DNA of 63,973 bases, filler included, from Octopus bimaculoides (lineage: Eukaryota), in assembly GCF_001194135.2 (NCBI RefSeq). It is 6 parts of 6 records of this genome, joined end to end, with 100 filler letters (N's around TTAATTAATTAA, not from the genome) between each part and the next. Parts side by side here need not be neighbours in the genome. Positions count along the whole stretch, not along the records: positions 32,386 to 39,603 come from NC_068982.1; positions 39,704 to 59,898 come from NC_069002.1; 4 more parts are not named here. One strand, 5' to 3'. A program made the position numbers and the translations under genes. The stretch's first letter is position 1, and each line of letters opens with the position of its first letter. Shown piece by piece: positions 38,298 through 51,684 of the stretch. The notes below the pieces were generated by a model. It was not told the DNA's origin, made no database searches, and saw only the letters and a list, made by a program, of their open reading frames with translations.

Positions 38298-39180
38298 ACT
38301 TCTCCAATGCACATACTCTGAATTTATTTATATGCTATGTTCTTTCGATAGAGGAAGCATCTTTAGCTGATTGATATATATATAGAGATCAATAAATATA
38401 ATATCAGCGCAGAGAGCATGTTTTTTTGCCCGTNNNNNNNNNNNNNNNNNNNNNNNNNNNNNNNNNNNNNNNNNNNNNNNNNNNNNNNNNNNNNNNNNNN
38501 NNNNNNNNNNNNNNNNNNNNNNNNNNNNNNNNNNNNNNNNNNNNNNNNNNNNNNNNNNNNNNNNNNNNNNNNNNNNNNNNNNNNNNNNNNNNNNNNNNNN
38601 NNNNNNNNNNNNNNNNNNNNNNNNNNNNNNNNNNNNNNNNNNNNNNNNNNNNNNNNNNNNNNNNNNNNNNNNNNNNNNNNNNNNNNNNNNNNNNNNNNNN
38701 NNNNNNNNNNNATATATATATATATATATATATATACGTACACACAAACAGACACACACTAGTGTATATATATATATAGGCTATTTGTTTTCTTTAATTC
38801 TAGTAAATGTTTATTGTTCCTATCATAATGTATGTGTACGTTATTGAATGTACGTAGATAAGTTGGATTCGCTACCCACGTGTCACTTTAGAAATCAATA
38901 TTTTTGTAATACATCGATAATATCATTGGTGAACACACTCAAGTTGTTGTGTTGGTATACATATAGGCGTATATATGTATATATATAGATATATATAAAT
39001 GAATATATCGATATTAGTTTGAATTAAGATTCATTGCTATCATTATATTATTATTACTATTAACATCTCGTTATTTTCTGACTCCATTGGGTTACAACAT
39101 GGCCTCTTTCTTCGGTGTGATCATCACCATCATCATTATCATGCTGATGCTCATCATTATCATCATCATCAACAGCATCA

Positions 39181-39212
<32 letters not shown>

Positions 39213-39703
39213 ATCATCATCATCATCAGAATCAACTTGTTCATAGTGATGATCATCGCATGGCTGTTGGATATTTTTTTTTGTTTGTTTTTTTTTTTTT
39301 TGTTTCTGTTGTAGATTTTTAGCAGCACAAAGTAGCAACAGCCCCGATAACAACGACGACAACTACAGCAGCAACAACAATAACTTCCGCAAGGTGAAGG
39401 GTTCAAAGAGTTATTTCAAGTTTTTTTTTTTTTTTTTTTTTTCTGTTGCTTAAATTAAATTTAAGTATTTAGTAGTTTTAAGTTTCTAAAAAAGACACAT
39501 CGCGTATATAAAGTTCTTTAGGTTCGATTCGCAGGTAGAGATGTATCTTATTAGTTCCCCTCCCATGTCACTGTCGTTAATCAACAATCAACTGTGAGTG
39601 ATGNNNNNNNNNNNNNNNNNNNNNNNNNNNNNNNNNNNNNNNNNNNNTTAATTAATTAANNNNNNNNNNNNNNNNNNNNNNNNNNNNNNNNNNNNNNNNN
39701 NNN

Positions 39704-39746
<43 letters not shown>

Positions 39747-40893
39747 TGTTATGGTATTTCTGTTAAGAACGTAGTAGAGTACAGTATAAAGCTCATCTAC
39801 CTTCAGATTTCAACCTGTGCTATCCAGTAGTAGTATTATACGTACTTTCAGGTTTGCGTTTGTGCAGCTGTTGCATAATCAAGTATGGAGAACTAAGGTG
39901 CGTGGAAACAATTGTAGTGATCAAAAATTGAATGTCCAACCATACTCCTTCTGGTAGACTCCAGTTTTTTTCAGTTACACACACCCACACACACACACAT
40001 GATGTATGTATGTATGTATGTATGTATGTATGCATTTCTAACATCTAGAGACGGCAAATCGTAGTCTGCGACTGTAATATTTCCTGCGACTAATCGTTTG
40101 TTTTTTCTTTTGCTTGGATGCCATTACGTGACGAAACATATATAGTATTTTCTGTTGTTTCTGAAAGTGAATATTTTGTCTGAAATATTGGAATTTCTTC
40201 AAACCATGACACTCACATACACACAAACGCACACACCCACACACAAATACACACATACACACACACATTCATGACCACAAGCAAACATTGAGTTGAAATG
40301 CGAACTAAAATATCGTTTTCAAAATATCGAATTCAAATTTTAATCAAAAGAAAATTAATTTTATGGAGATTATGGGTGATTATGAACAACTTCTAACATT
40401 TTAGGCTGACATGGCGATGACTCTGTATTCTTTCCTTACTGAACGACTTCAGAAAAAAACAGTGCACTCTCTACAATATATGATTTTCGTATAACAAATA
40501 AAAGTAGTTTAATGCTGGCGGAATCTTTACTAATTAGAAAGGTCATAATATGATTTGCAAAGTCTCATGAAGATAAGCTGAGTATGAAAAATATATGGTT
40601 CTAGGGCAGTTTAGCGTAGTTGAATTAGAGATCCAAAACTGCAGTTTCAAGTGATTCAAATGTAAAAAAAAAAAAAGACAATGGTGAAATGTCATTAACG
40701 TTAATGAAAGAGGTGGCAAGGCAGAAAGGTCTCTGCGCTGCAAATAAACGAAAAATAATTTTGATGTTGGAGAGCAAAACAAGAGAGATGTATTAGTTAA
40801 ATCATGCATACTTATACTGTACACAAAAAAACACAAACACACACACACACAGACATACACACACACGCACACACACACACACACGCACACACA

Positions 40894-40949
<56 letters not shown>

Positions 40950-41369
40950 NNNNNNNNNNNNNNNNNNNNNNNNNNNNNNNNNNNNNNNNNNNNNNNNNNN
41001 NNNNNNNNNNNNNNNNNNNNNNNNNNNNNNNNNNNNNNNNNNNNNNNNNNNNNNNNNNNNNNNNNNNNNNNNNNNNNNNNNNNNNNNNNNNNNNNNNNNN
41101 NNNNNNNNNNNNNNNNNNNNNNNNNNNNNNNNNNNNNNNNNNNNNNNNNNNNNNNNNNNNNNNNNNNNNNNNNNNNNNNNNNNNNNNNNNNNNNNNNNNN
41201 NNNNNNNNNNNNNNNNNNNNNNNNNNNNNNNNNNNNNNNNNNNNNNNNNNNNNNNNNNNNNNNNNNNNNNNNNNNNNNNNNNNNNNNNNNNNNNNNNNNN
41301 NNNNNNNNNNNNNNNNNNNNNNNNNNNNNNNNNNNNNNNNNNNNNNNNNTGTGTGTGTGTGTGTGTGTA

Positions 41370-41580
41370 TGCTTGTGGATGTGTGTTTGTTCTTGGCCCC
41401 CGACATCGCTTCACAACAGATGCTGGTATGTTTACGTCTCCGTAACCTAGCGGTTCTGTAAAAGAGAGTGATAGAATAAGTACTAGGCTTACAAAGAATA
41501 AGTCCTTGGGTCGATTTGCTCGACTAAAGGTGGTACTCCAGCATGGCTGCAGTCAGAGGACTGAAACAAGTAAAAGAATA
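41370..41580 (+). mobile_element. SINE family B 3' half
   Basis: CATCGCTTCACAACAGATGCTGG...GATAGAATAAGTACTAGGCTTACAAAGAATAAGTCC...GACTGAAACAAGTAAAAGA. Confidence 0.85.
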
Positions 41581-41595
41581 TATATATGTATGTAT

Positions 41596-41670
<75 letters not shown>

Positions 41671-41739
41671 CTTTGTATATATATATATCTTCTTCTTGCC
41701 TTTAACCCTCCAACGCGGAGCATAGGCCACTTATAATTG

Positions 41740-42500
41740 AATTTCATGTCGCATAATTTTTCGCTTCTGTACTTATACTCTGCCATGAATGTCCCCCTTT
41801 CTCTCGTTCCCTTTGTGTTGATCTATGCCACGAGTTCTTAGGCCTACTGTAAAGCACTTTTCGCTACATTTCGTGTGTCTTTTCTTATTGTGCGACCAAT
41901 CCACTTCCACTTTTTCTTAAATATTTGCTTCCTAATCGAAACTTGATTCGTTCTTTGCCATAGCTCCATATTGATCATGTGTTCGGGCCATCTGATTTTA
42001 AGTATACTACACAAGCACCTGTTGATGAATGATTGTTTTTGCTTATTTGACTTAACTGTTGTTCACCATGTCTCAGCCCCATACAATAACACCGCTTTTA
42101 CGTTAGTGTTAAAAATTCTTATTTTATTCTTTATTGAAATTACACTTGCACTGCATACTTCTTTTAGCAGGGGAAAAGCGGTCCTTGCCTTACTTATTCT
42201 CGTCTTAATATCTTCGTCGTTGCCGCCTGAGAACGTTATCTTACTACCTAAATGCGTAATCTCGGCTACATCCTCTAGTTCACCAGTTTCTAAAACGTTC
42301 GTTGTTTTCTTCCTTAACGCGCATAATTTTTGATTTGTCGCAGTTGACTTTCAATCATAGTTTGGCAGCTATTGCTTCTAGTTTTGACGTTTTATTTTGC
42401 ATTTGGCTATATGTTTGTAAAAGAAGCGCTATATCATCTGCAAAGTGGTTGGACTCCATACAGATCAAAAAGTATATTTTAAAATAGTAAATTAAGCTGG
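41740..42500 (-). mobile_element. RTE-clade LINE, RT C-terminal half
   Basis: HFADDIALL, HLGSKI, RISKARTAF, IFNTNVKAVLLYGAETW, WKWIGRT. Confidence 0.85.
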
Positions 42501-43369
42501 AAAAGGCACAGGAGTATATNNNNNNNNNNNNNNNNNNNNNNNNNNNNNNNNNNNNNNNNNNNNNNNNNNNNNNNNNNNNNNNNNNNNNNNNNNNNNNNNN
42601 NNNNNNNNNNNNNNNNNNNNNNNNNNNNNNNNNNNNNNNNNNNNNNNNNNNNNNNNNNNNNNNNNNNNNNNNNNNNNNNNNNNNNNNNNNNNNNNNNNNN
42701 NNNNNNNNNNNNNNNNNNNNNNNNNNNNNNNNNNNNNNNNNNNNNNNNNNNNNNNNNNNNNNNNNNNNNNNNNNNNNNNNNNNNNNNNNNNNNNNNNNNN
42801 NNNNNNNNNNNNNNNNNNNNNNNNNNNNNNNNNNNNNNNNNNNNNNNNNNNNNNNNNNNNNNNNNNNNNNNNNNNNNNNNNNNNNNNNNNNNNNNNNNNN
42901 NNNNNNNNNNNNNNNNNNNNNNNNNNNNNNNNNNNNNNNNNNNNNNNNNNNNNNNNNNNNNNNNNNNNNNNNNNNNNNNNNNNNNNNNNNNNNNNNNNNN
43001 NNNNNNNNNNNNNNNNNNNNNNNNNNNNNNNNNNNNNNNNNNNNNNNNNNNNNNNNNNNNNNNNNNNNNNNNNNNNNNNNNNNNNNNNNNNNNNNNNNNN
43101 NNNNNNNNNNNNNNNNNNNNNNNNNNNNNNNNNNNNNNNNNNNNNNNNNNNNNNNNNNNNNNNNNNNNNNNNNNNNNNNNNNNNNNNNNNNNNNNNNNNN
43201 NNNNNNNNNNNNNNNNNNNNNNNNNNNNNNNNNNNNNNNNNNNNNNNNNNNNNNNNNNNNNNNNNNNNNNNNNNNNNNNNNNNNNNNNNNNNNNNNNNNN
43301 NNNNNNNNNNNNNNNNNNNNNNNNNNNNNNNNNNNNNNNNNNNNNNNNNNNNNNNNNNNNNNNNNNNNA

Positions 43370-44282
43370 AACTCCGGAAGAAAACCAAAACTTTCAGATA
43401 GGGACCGTCGGACTCTTAATCAAATTGTTAGAAAGGATCACAACAGTACAGCTCCCAAATTACTGCAGAGCTTAACGACCACCTTGAGAACCCAGTTTCC
43501 GCCAAAACTGTTCACCGGCAGCTGCACAAAGCCAGATTTCACGGGAGGGCTGCAATCAGAAAACCACTACTTTCAAAAACAAACGTTGCAAAGTGCTTAG
43601 AGCAGAGTAAAAACCTACAGAATTGGTCCCTAGAGCAGTGGAAGTATGTTATTTTCTCGGACCAGTGATCCTTTACTTTATTTCCGACCACCGGCCGAGT
43701 ATACGTGTGGACACAGCCAAAAGAAGCATTTGATCCAAACTGCCTTATTCCAGCTGTTAAATATGGAGGAGGATCTGTGATGATCGGGGTGGGGGGAATC
43801 CGCCGGCTTAATGGTTTCCCTTAATGGCAGAAGTAATAGTTAAATGTATTTAAGCATTTTATCTGATAAAATTTATCCTATGGTTGCGGAACTATTTCCG
43901 GAGGGAAACGCAACCTTTCAGGATGATAATGCACCAATTGACACAGCTGAAGTTGTTACTTAATGGCACTAGAAGAATTCTAGTGAAGTTGGACATCTTA
44001 TCAGGCCACCACAGTCCCCAGATCTCAATATTATTGAACATTTATGGTGCATTTTAGAAAAACAAGTAAGGAGTTGATATCCTCCACCATCATCACTACA
44101 AAACTGGAGACAGTTTTAGCTGAAGAATGGACAAAAATTCCTTTGGAAACAATTAAAACTTTGTACGAATCCATACCTCGTAGAATTCAAGCTGTAATTA
44201 CTGCCAAAGCGGTCCTACCCCATATTAAGATAAATTTGTTTGAAACTTTAAGGTGTTTCCATTATCTTGTCCAACCCCTGTA
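43370..44282 (+). mobile_element. Tc1-family (DD34E) transposon, 5' end in gap
   Basis: RKPLLSK, WKYVIFSD, FQDDNAP, PPQSPDLNIIEHLW. 3' TIR CCATTATCTTGTCCAACCCCTG-TA. Confidence 0.9.
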
Positions 44283-45204
44283 TATATGATGTAGAAAAAA
44301 ATTATCAGAAAATAAAGAGTGAAACTGAGAGGACAATGAAAGGCTGGTGTGTGGATATTAGTTTCCTCTCGTCAGCTGTTGACTGATGCAATAAAGCAAG
44401 ATTGATACATTATCAATAGATCGCTTTAGAATGCTGACAGATTTATAACAAATCCTACCGGGGAATGGTACCCTGAGGGTAGGGGTAGTGTGTATTATAC
44501 CTTTGATAATTTTTTGTACTTTTGTAAACTATTCTCGAGTTACCTGCACATTTTATTGTAATATTCACACCTTGCTTTATATTATCCTCATGAATCACTC
44601 GACACTTAATCGCAAAGAAGAAACCAGTTGTTTCCGATTGAGCCTGGAATCCAATTATTTGGATCTGAATATTGACAAGAAATTATGCATGTATATATTC
44701 TTGCCATCCCTGAAAGATATATGGATATATATATATAATAGAATAATTGTCAAGAAATCGTAGAAAACATGTCGCTTTACACACATATTAGACATTTCCG
44801 AGTTGCTTTTCATAATATTTTTGCTCTTGTTTCTCATCACATCAGCTGTTAGTTTATATTGCATAAATGTTTTTTTCACACACAGACATTAATATGCGTG
44901 GGAATGTGTTACTAAAACCTTCTCTTGATTGTTTATAAACACTTGGCCGCACCAAATTTTTTCCATGCATGTTACTCACTCCATCAACGTAAACTCGTAT
45001 TGTCAGCGTGTCTTGTCAGCGAATCCATAATAACAGAAAAAATTTGCTCAAAGATTTATCTGGAGATAAAATATAAAATTTTTCGATAAATTAGTGTATC
45101 TATCAGCAATAACTGAGAAAATGGGCCTTCTTCACAATTTATTTTCTCATAAGAAAGTTAGCCATTATAGACTAGAACTCATTGTTTAATATTATGACTA
45201 AGAT

Positions 45205-45710
45205 AAGGCGTCTAGCTGGCAGAAACGTTAGCACGCCAAGGGAAATGCTTAGCGGTATTTCGTCTGCCGCTGCGTTCTGGGTTCAAATTCCGCCGCGGTC
45301 GACTTTGCCTTTCATCCTTTCGGGGTCGATAAATTAAGTACCAGTTACGTACTGGGTCGATATAATCGACTTAATCCGTTTGTCTGTCCTTGTTTGTCCA
45401 CTCTGTGTGTAGCCCCTTGTGGGCAGTAAAGAAATAGGTATTTCGTCTGCCGTTACGTTCTGCGTTCAAATTCCGCCGTGGTCGACTTTGCTTTCATCCT
45501 TTCGGGGTCAATAAATAAAATACCAGTTACGCACAGTTACGGTTGATGTAATCGACTTAATCCCTTTGTCTGTCCTTGTTTATCCCCTCTGTGTGTAGCA
45601 CCTTGTGGACCGTAAAGAAAATGAAACGTTAGCACGCCGGGCGAAATGCTTAGTGCTATTTCGTCTGTCGTTACGTTCTGAGTCCAAATTCCGCCGAGGT
45701 CGACTTTGTT
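45205..45710 (+). mobile_element. head-to-tail trimer of SINE family A with alternative (type-2) tail
   Basis: Copy 1 ~45205-45436, copy 2 from internal GGTATTTCG ~45437-45620, copy 3 ~45622-45710 (3'-truncated). Confidence 0.85.
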
Positions 45711-46075
45711 GAGCTTCATTTGAAGACTGCATTTATCTTAAGCTCCTAACCGAACAAAGTAAATACAAGTTATTTGAATCTTCAGCATTTTCTCCATAGT
45801 TATTCTTTATCGCGAAAGTAGTAGAAACACTCAACAATTTGTTTTGCGTATGTTTCCTCCAGTTTTATCCAGCAATTTTGTAAGTTTATTAAACCTATGA
45901 ATTCATACTTCATGCTCTGACATTCTGAGAAGCAATGTTATCCAGAGCGCCGATAAACTTTCGTTGAGCAACAATAAAATTATTTCCAAATTCAACGCTG
46001 TCTCCAGAAATACATGAGTTTTGCATGGCGGTCGTTGTTTTTTTTTCTATGACGAATGACGTCAAATAAAATAAT

Positions 46076-46255
46076 GTACAATCAGGGCCGAAAGTTTGGA
46101 ACATTTTCTTATAAATAAAAATTGTTCAGCCCAAGTACAATTCGATTCAAATATGAGTGACGTAGAGATATACTTACAGATCGAATGATTCCATATCTAG
46201 AAGAAAGAGTAGGAAAAATCAAAAATATGTTCCAAACATTTGGCCAAGTAATAAT
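46076..46255. mobile_element. possible small Tc1-derived MITE
   Basis: Imperfect inverted ends GGCCGAAAGTTTGGAACA / TGTTCCAAACATTTGGCC. Another TIR-like end at 46318-46342. Confidence 0.35.
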
Positions 46256-46533
46256 ATATTGCAAATTAGATACAACTTTGTGTGTTTAATATAAAAATTC
46301 CAATTTTTGGACCTGTTTCAAAACCTTGGCCATGACTGTATGGTTTTATGAGAATTCTTCGATGATATGCAACGGTATATTACAAATTATTCTTGTAGTG
46401 AGCCGAAGCCGAGAACATCATCAATATTGACCTCACTTGAAACTAATTTCGTATGTAAGGAACATTAATTTTAAACCCAGGTCATTTATGTGGGCGGATA
46501 ATGAAATTGCCAGGAATGAAGAAATAGACTACA

Positions 46534-46572
<39 letters not shown>

Positions 46573-47099
46573 TTTAGATCAGTTGAAATATGGCTGGGGC
46601 TCTAAACATATTTGAAATTTTATAAGGTAGTATAATTCACAACACTGATTTGCGCGCTTACATAATGTTTTCCTGAACAAACTATGTTCTATACAATCAG
46701 TTAGAATATACTACCCACTATTCTATTATTCTGTATTCTTTTACAGGCTACGATTAATATTTTCCATTGCTTGCCTCAGTTCATTGAACATTTCATTCTA
46801 TATTAATAAGCAATCATTATAATCGCGTTATTGTTTACCATTTCATTTTATGTCAGGCTGTGCTGATGGATTATACATTATCCCCCGCCTTTCTGCTTGA
46901 GCGTATACTTAGGTATTCCAACCCCAGCTGCCTGTTGGAGTAAAATAGCAAACGCCACATTAGCGTGTCATCTCGGTTCAAGTGCCCGGACACAAATGCT
47001 CTCCGATGCATTCTGTTGTGTTTTGCGTGGTTAGCACTTCAGAGCAGACCACCAAAAGGTTTATTTTGCTATCACAGCTCTAAAAGGTGAGCTATTTTG

Positions 47100-47585
47100 C
47101 CATGAACCCTCACCTTCGTGCCTTTCCATTCCCTTAACTTGACACAGTTACAATAATGCTGTCTTCTTGAGAAGTCTTTTGGACCTTTCAAGTGCACCTG
47201 ACCAAGTACCATGCAAACTGTGGGGAAGGCCTTGTTACGTGGTATAGCATGAAGCTGTCTCGTTTAGGATAGTGCTTGTTGTAGCAGCTGTGTTGAGGAA
47301 CAAACTAACACCATCAACGTTTAAATTGTACACAAATACTTTACTATCATCCTTGCTATTTTTAGATATCCTTTGAGAAGAGACGTATCGATTCACATAG
47401 TTTGACCTGGTTGCCATTTACCTCTCCAGATTTATTAGACAGAGCTTTTTTATGCTGTAGGATAAGAAAGTGAAACAATTGAAAGCGAAACTATTTTCGA
47501 ATAAATGAGAAAATATGCATCTATATAACATTAACTCAAACACCTTGGAAAATAACTTAGAAATACGAGTGAAAAGGCCAGTAAT
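47100..47585 (-). mobile_element. possible highly decayed CR1-like RT fragment
   Basis: ISKLFSKVFELMLYRCIFSHLFEN resembles the RT domain-2 region. Weak KAFPTV similarity to KAFDTV. Confidence 0.3.
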
Positions 47586-47589
47586 AGAA

Positions 47590-47627
47590 TAATGATAATA
47601 ATAATGATAATAATAGTAATAGTAGTA

Positions 47628-47673
<46 letters not shown>

Positions 47674-47706
47674 TGATAATAATAATAATAATAATAATAA
47701 TAATAG
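47590..47706. repeat. (TAA)n microsatellite
   Basis: Direct inspection. Confidence 0.95.
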
Positions 47707-48757
47707 CAATGAACAGATACTCCGCAGAAGACCGGATACTGCAGCTTGTGTGCAAGCACGAAAGCATGAAAAAAAATCACATTCTATTGTTAAGGAAGCT
47801 TGCAAATTCGCCAGGGAACTTGGCATTAACACTGAATTAGAGGTAAAACCTGAAACCACAGCCAGGAAATAAGCAGAGTGCAAAAAGAACGGGTGGAAAC
47901 AAACTGAGGAGCGATGGAGCCAGAGGCCTCTGCATGGACAGTATATACTTCGAAGCCGAAATGCTGATGTAGACCAAGCAACAAGCCATCAGTGATTGAG
48001 AAGCTCAGGACTGAAAGCAGAGACTGAAGATTTCATATTAACGGCACACGAAGCTCGCTTACCAAAAACTACCAGACTAACGTTCTTCAAAACGGTTCTA
48101 ACCCCAAATGCAGACTCTGCCACACATTTGACGAAACAATAGACCATCTCGTTTCGAGGTGTCCTGTCCTGTCACCAAACGAATACAAAAATTGCCACGA
48201 TATGGTCGAACAGTACTTACATTGGAAAATATATAAGCGCTACAGAATGAGCTCTCCTGCTTACTTGTATGAACGTCATCCTGAGCCAGTCGTTGACGGT
48301 AAAACTCACAATCCTATGAGATTTTCCAGTCAACACCGACATAGCGACAGGGAAGAAAATACTTGTAGACTAATAGATGTAAGTGTTCGCACTGTAAAGG
48401 AATTTGACAAATAAGGGCCTGGAAATTGAAATACTAAAAATTTTGCATCTAAAATTCTGAACTGTTCCTGTTATCGTGGGTACCCTAGGTATGATAATAA
48501 AGGGATGTCAGAAATATCTAGATAAGTTCCCAGGAGAACCATGTCTCAAAGAAATCCAAAACATTGTGCTAAGTACTGCCCACATCCTTAGAAAAACCCT
48601 ATACATTTAAATGTCCGTGTTGTATTACATGAACAGTTTTCACTACTGCCTCTGCCACTTCCTACTCCAAGCTTTCAGTCGTATTATAACATCTCCTAGG
48701 GTGCTGGGTGTGTTTCGGCAATTGACTGTAACAAACATGCAGATTAAAAGTAACAAA

Positions 48758-48846
<89 letters not shown>

Positions 48847-48853
48847 TAATAAT
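47707..48853 (+). mobile_element. R4/Dong-type RLE LINE, 5'-truncated, (TAA)n on both sides
   Basis: ALHGQY, LRSSGLKAETE, CRLCHTFDETIDHLVSRC (CCHC knuckle), TCRLIDVSV (RLE), VPVIVGTLG. 3' UTR then (TAA)n at 48768-48853. Confidence 0.88.
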
Positions 48854-48855
48854 TA

Positions 48856-49408
48856 TGCCCGGATGCAGTACCAGGCAGTAGCTCTCATGGCTTCTGATCT
48901 TAATTGATTGGAAGTGTTATCATCTACATTGTTTTGTCTTGGTGTAAAAGATGGGCTACAGCAAATATTCTACTTAATACTACAGATTTGCTTGTCAGTT
49001 GTTTGACCTTAAACAGCTGAGCATGTCCCTTGGTGGCTGACGATATGTGCATCTCTGATCATGAGCAGAAGTAGTGGGGGAGCACCATAGCCATGTGTCG
49101 AGAGGAATTCTTTGGGGCTTGATTAGTTCATATTTGGAAACATAGGTGCTTTGCTCGACGTCTTTAAACAAACCTTATTGAGGGACCTTTTCATCGGATG
49201 GTGTACTCGACCTGAAGAAAATTCTAACTGGGCCCCACTACGAGGTCATGCGCTGTTTATCTTAATATGAGATCACCATGTCACGCACATATGGTTGTGA
49301 TTCCTGTGCCTGGTGTACCCTTATCAGACGGGTAGTCGTGATGGGTATAATGGGCTTCGTATATTTTACCTCAGTGTCACTTTGATGGCATGCACTTCTC
49401 TCTCACTC
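48856..49408 (+). mobile_element. unclassified ~550-bp repeat (family D) copy 1
   Basis: Starts ATGCAGTACCAGGCAGTAGCTCTCATGGCTTCTGATC, ends CTCACTCAATAATAAT. Collinear with 51685-52220 and 52273-52648. No protein motif recognised. Confidence 0.75.
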
Positions 49409-49420
49409 AATAATAATAAT

Positions 49421-51640
49421 TTCCTTTATTGGCCAGTAGGGCCTACATATAAGGGATAATACCGTAGACATGGACGGTGGGGATTTTACACAAAAACAAC
49501 GAGTACACAATTAAAACTATAATAATTATATCAAATAAAAATAATATAACAATGAAAGTTCCTCAATAGGGTGGGGTAACGACCAGGTGTTGGCTCAGGT
49601 ACCCTACCAATCTTGAACCACTCGACGCTTCGAGGGCATCCGTGAAGGGCACTCTTCTCCCTCTCAAATTCAGTAGCCTACAGGCGCATTATTAAAGTAG
49701 GTCCACTCCCACGGGCCATTTTCCCTACATTCACCCACCTTTAGCAAATATACAGGGAGACAGCACTTCTCTCTCCAGCCTCATCTTCCTTTTCAAGTGA
49801 AATTTGAAGAAGTTGATGAGGGATTGGCTGAAAAGAAAAGTATCTGTCTTCATTCCTTTCAATTTGGTCCACCATACCAACTCTTTCGCTAGTGCCATCA
49901 GACAGGAAAATTGCCCGCCCTTCCGGACCAATGGAAGGCGGTGGATTGATCCTCACTATGGACTCGACCGATAGCCGGATCTGTCCTACACGTCATAACA
50001 GCTGTTCAACATAACTCTACAAGTCAGCAATGCAAGGACACTGGACGAGTGCGTGCGGAACGGTTTCGTCGCTCTGCGCGCATCTCGGGTAAGGCCGTGA
50101 CAGTCCTTCTGTGCCTGTAGAGTGTATTTGCAGCTCAGTCAAGGGGGTGAGTTGGGGAAAGGCCTGTTTGACAAACGGCGACTATACCTGTTCACCGTTT
50201 AGGCAGAATATCTGGAGATGTCGCAGCCTCAACAGATGTTTGCGCATCATTAGCCACAGCATGCCCAGTCCTCCGCGTAGAGAGTGTTGGTAGCAGATGG
50301 ACTGCCTGACCAATGGAATCTGCCCCCTCCACATGAATTTGAAGAGGAGGCGCTCCAACTTGGCAAGGTACGAACGGGGTCAGGGCACGACGGTCAAGCA
50401 GTTGTACGCATTCGCCACCTCCGCCCGACCTTTCAGTGAGAGCTTCCTCGTCGCCTATTTTTGGGTGAGACTGGTTACTCAGCTCGTCACCTCATCCCAA
50501 TTCTTATCCACCTGGAGGTGTGGTCCGAACCAGACTCCAAGCAACTTTACCTGTCCGTCCGTCCAGCGCTCAACCACACTGTCGGATGACATGGACTTGC
50601 CTCTCCAGGTGCCGAGCTGCAAGCCCACCGACTTTTCCGGGTTAAGATTTTCTCCCGTCAACTTTTCATATTCCTCCAATGATGTGCCGACCACCTTTAT
50701 TTCTGAGGTGTCTGGTTCCTGCGGGATTCTCAGCTTCCGCAGTAAATGCTCAAGAGCCAATACGTACAGTAAGGAGGAGAGAGGGCACATTTGATGGACC
50801 GATCGGGAGATCTGTAACAGTTCTGAGAGGTGGCCATTAACTTTGACTACCGAGTAGATGCCGCTGTGTGTTGCAGCGATTCAACCTCTGAAGACGGGGC
50901 CGTAGCCAGCCGTTTTGAGGGCTGCCTTTAGATATCGATGGTCATCACTATGGAATGCTTTCGATTAATCTAAACTGATCAGTGCCCCACCGAAGTCAGG
51001 TTTACACCCTACCCTTTCTATGAAGTATCGCATGAGGTGGAGGTTGTCGTGTATGGACCTAGTCCGAATTGCGCAGCTTTGCACCTCCCCAACCAAATTC
51101 TCGACGACAAGCGCTAACCTCTTTGCTAATATCTTGGTTAAAATCTTAAACTCTGTGTTAATCAGGGTTATGGGCCTGAAGTTATCTAATGTGTCCCTCT
51201 CATTTTTGTCTTTCCATATCAGCATCACGATGCACGGGTTTACTGAACTGGAAAAACTCCCGTTCTGCTGCCAGTGGCCGTAGAGCGTTTCGAGGAGATC
51301 GGAGAACATATTTACGCAAACTTTATGGGGCAGACCATCTAAACTGGGTGACTTGCGCCTCGTGCAGCTGACAAAAGCATTCTGAATTTCGGCTGAATAT
51401 ATCTGCCTTTCAGAGCACTCAGCGTTGGATGTCGAGAGACGCGGCAAGCCATTGAGGTAGGGACTGAAGTCCACCATCATCTCCGTCCCTCCACTCTCTC
51501 CGAAAACGAGCAAAGTGCTGGCGAAAGGCTTCACACATCTGCCTGGAATCGGTCCGTCAAATACCTAATTGCGGTTTAGTTAACACGCTGCGCCACCGCC
51601 ACGCGGGCTCATCGCACACGGAGCTGCGCGTGGTAGTGCA
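49421..51640 (-). mobile_element. L1-clade (Tx1-like) LINE, 5'-truncated, degraded ORF2
   Basis: FRPITLINTEFKILTKILAKRL, RSIHDNLHL, ISLD-SKAF, CPLSSLLYVLALE, C-terminal CPRC..ETVPHALVQC knuckle, AATAAA and (ATT)n tail. Confidence 0.9.
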
Positions 51641-51684
51641 ATGAAAGTACGTGATGAAAATAAGACTACTAAATAATAAAAATG

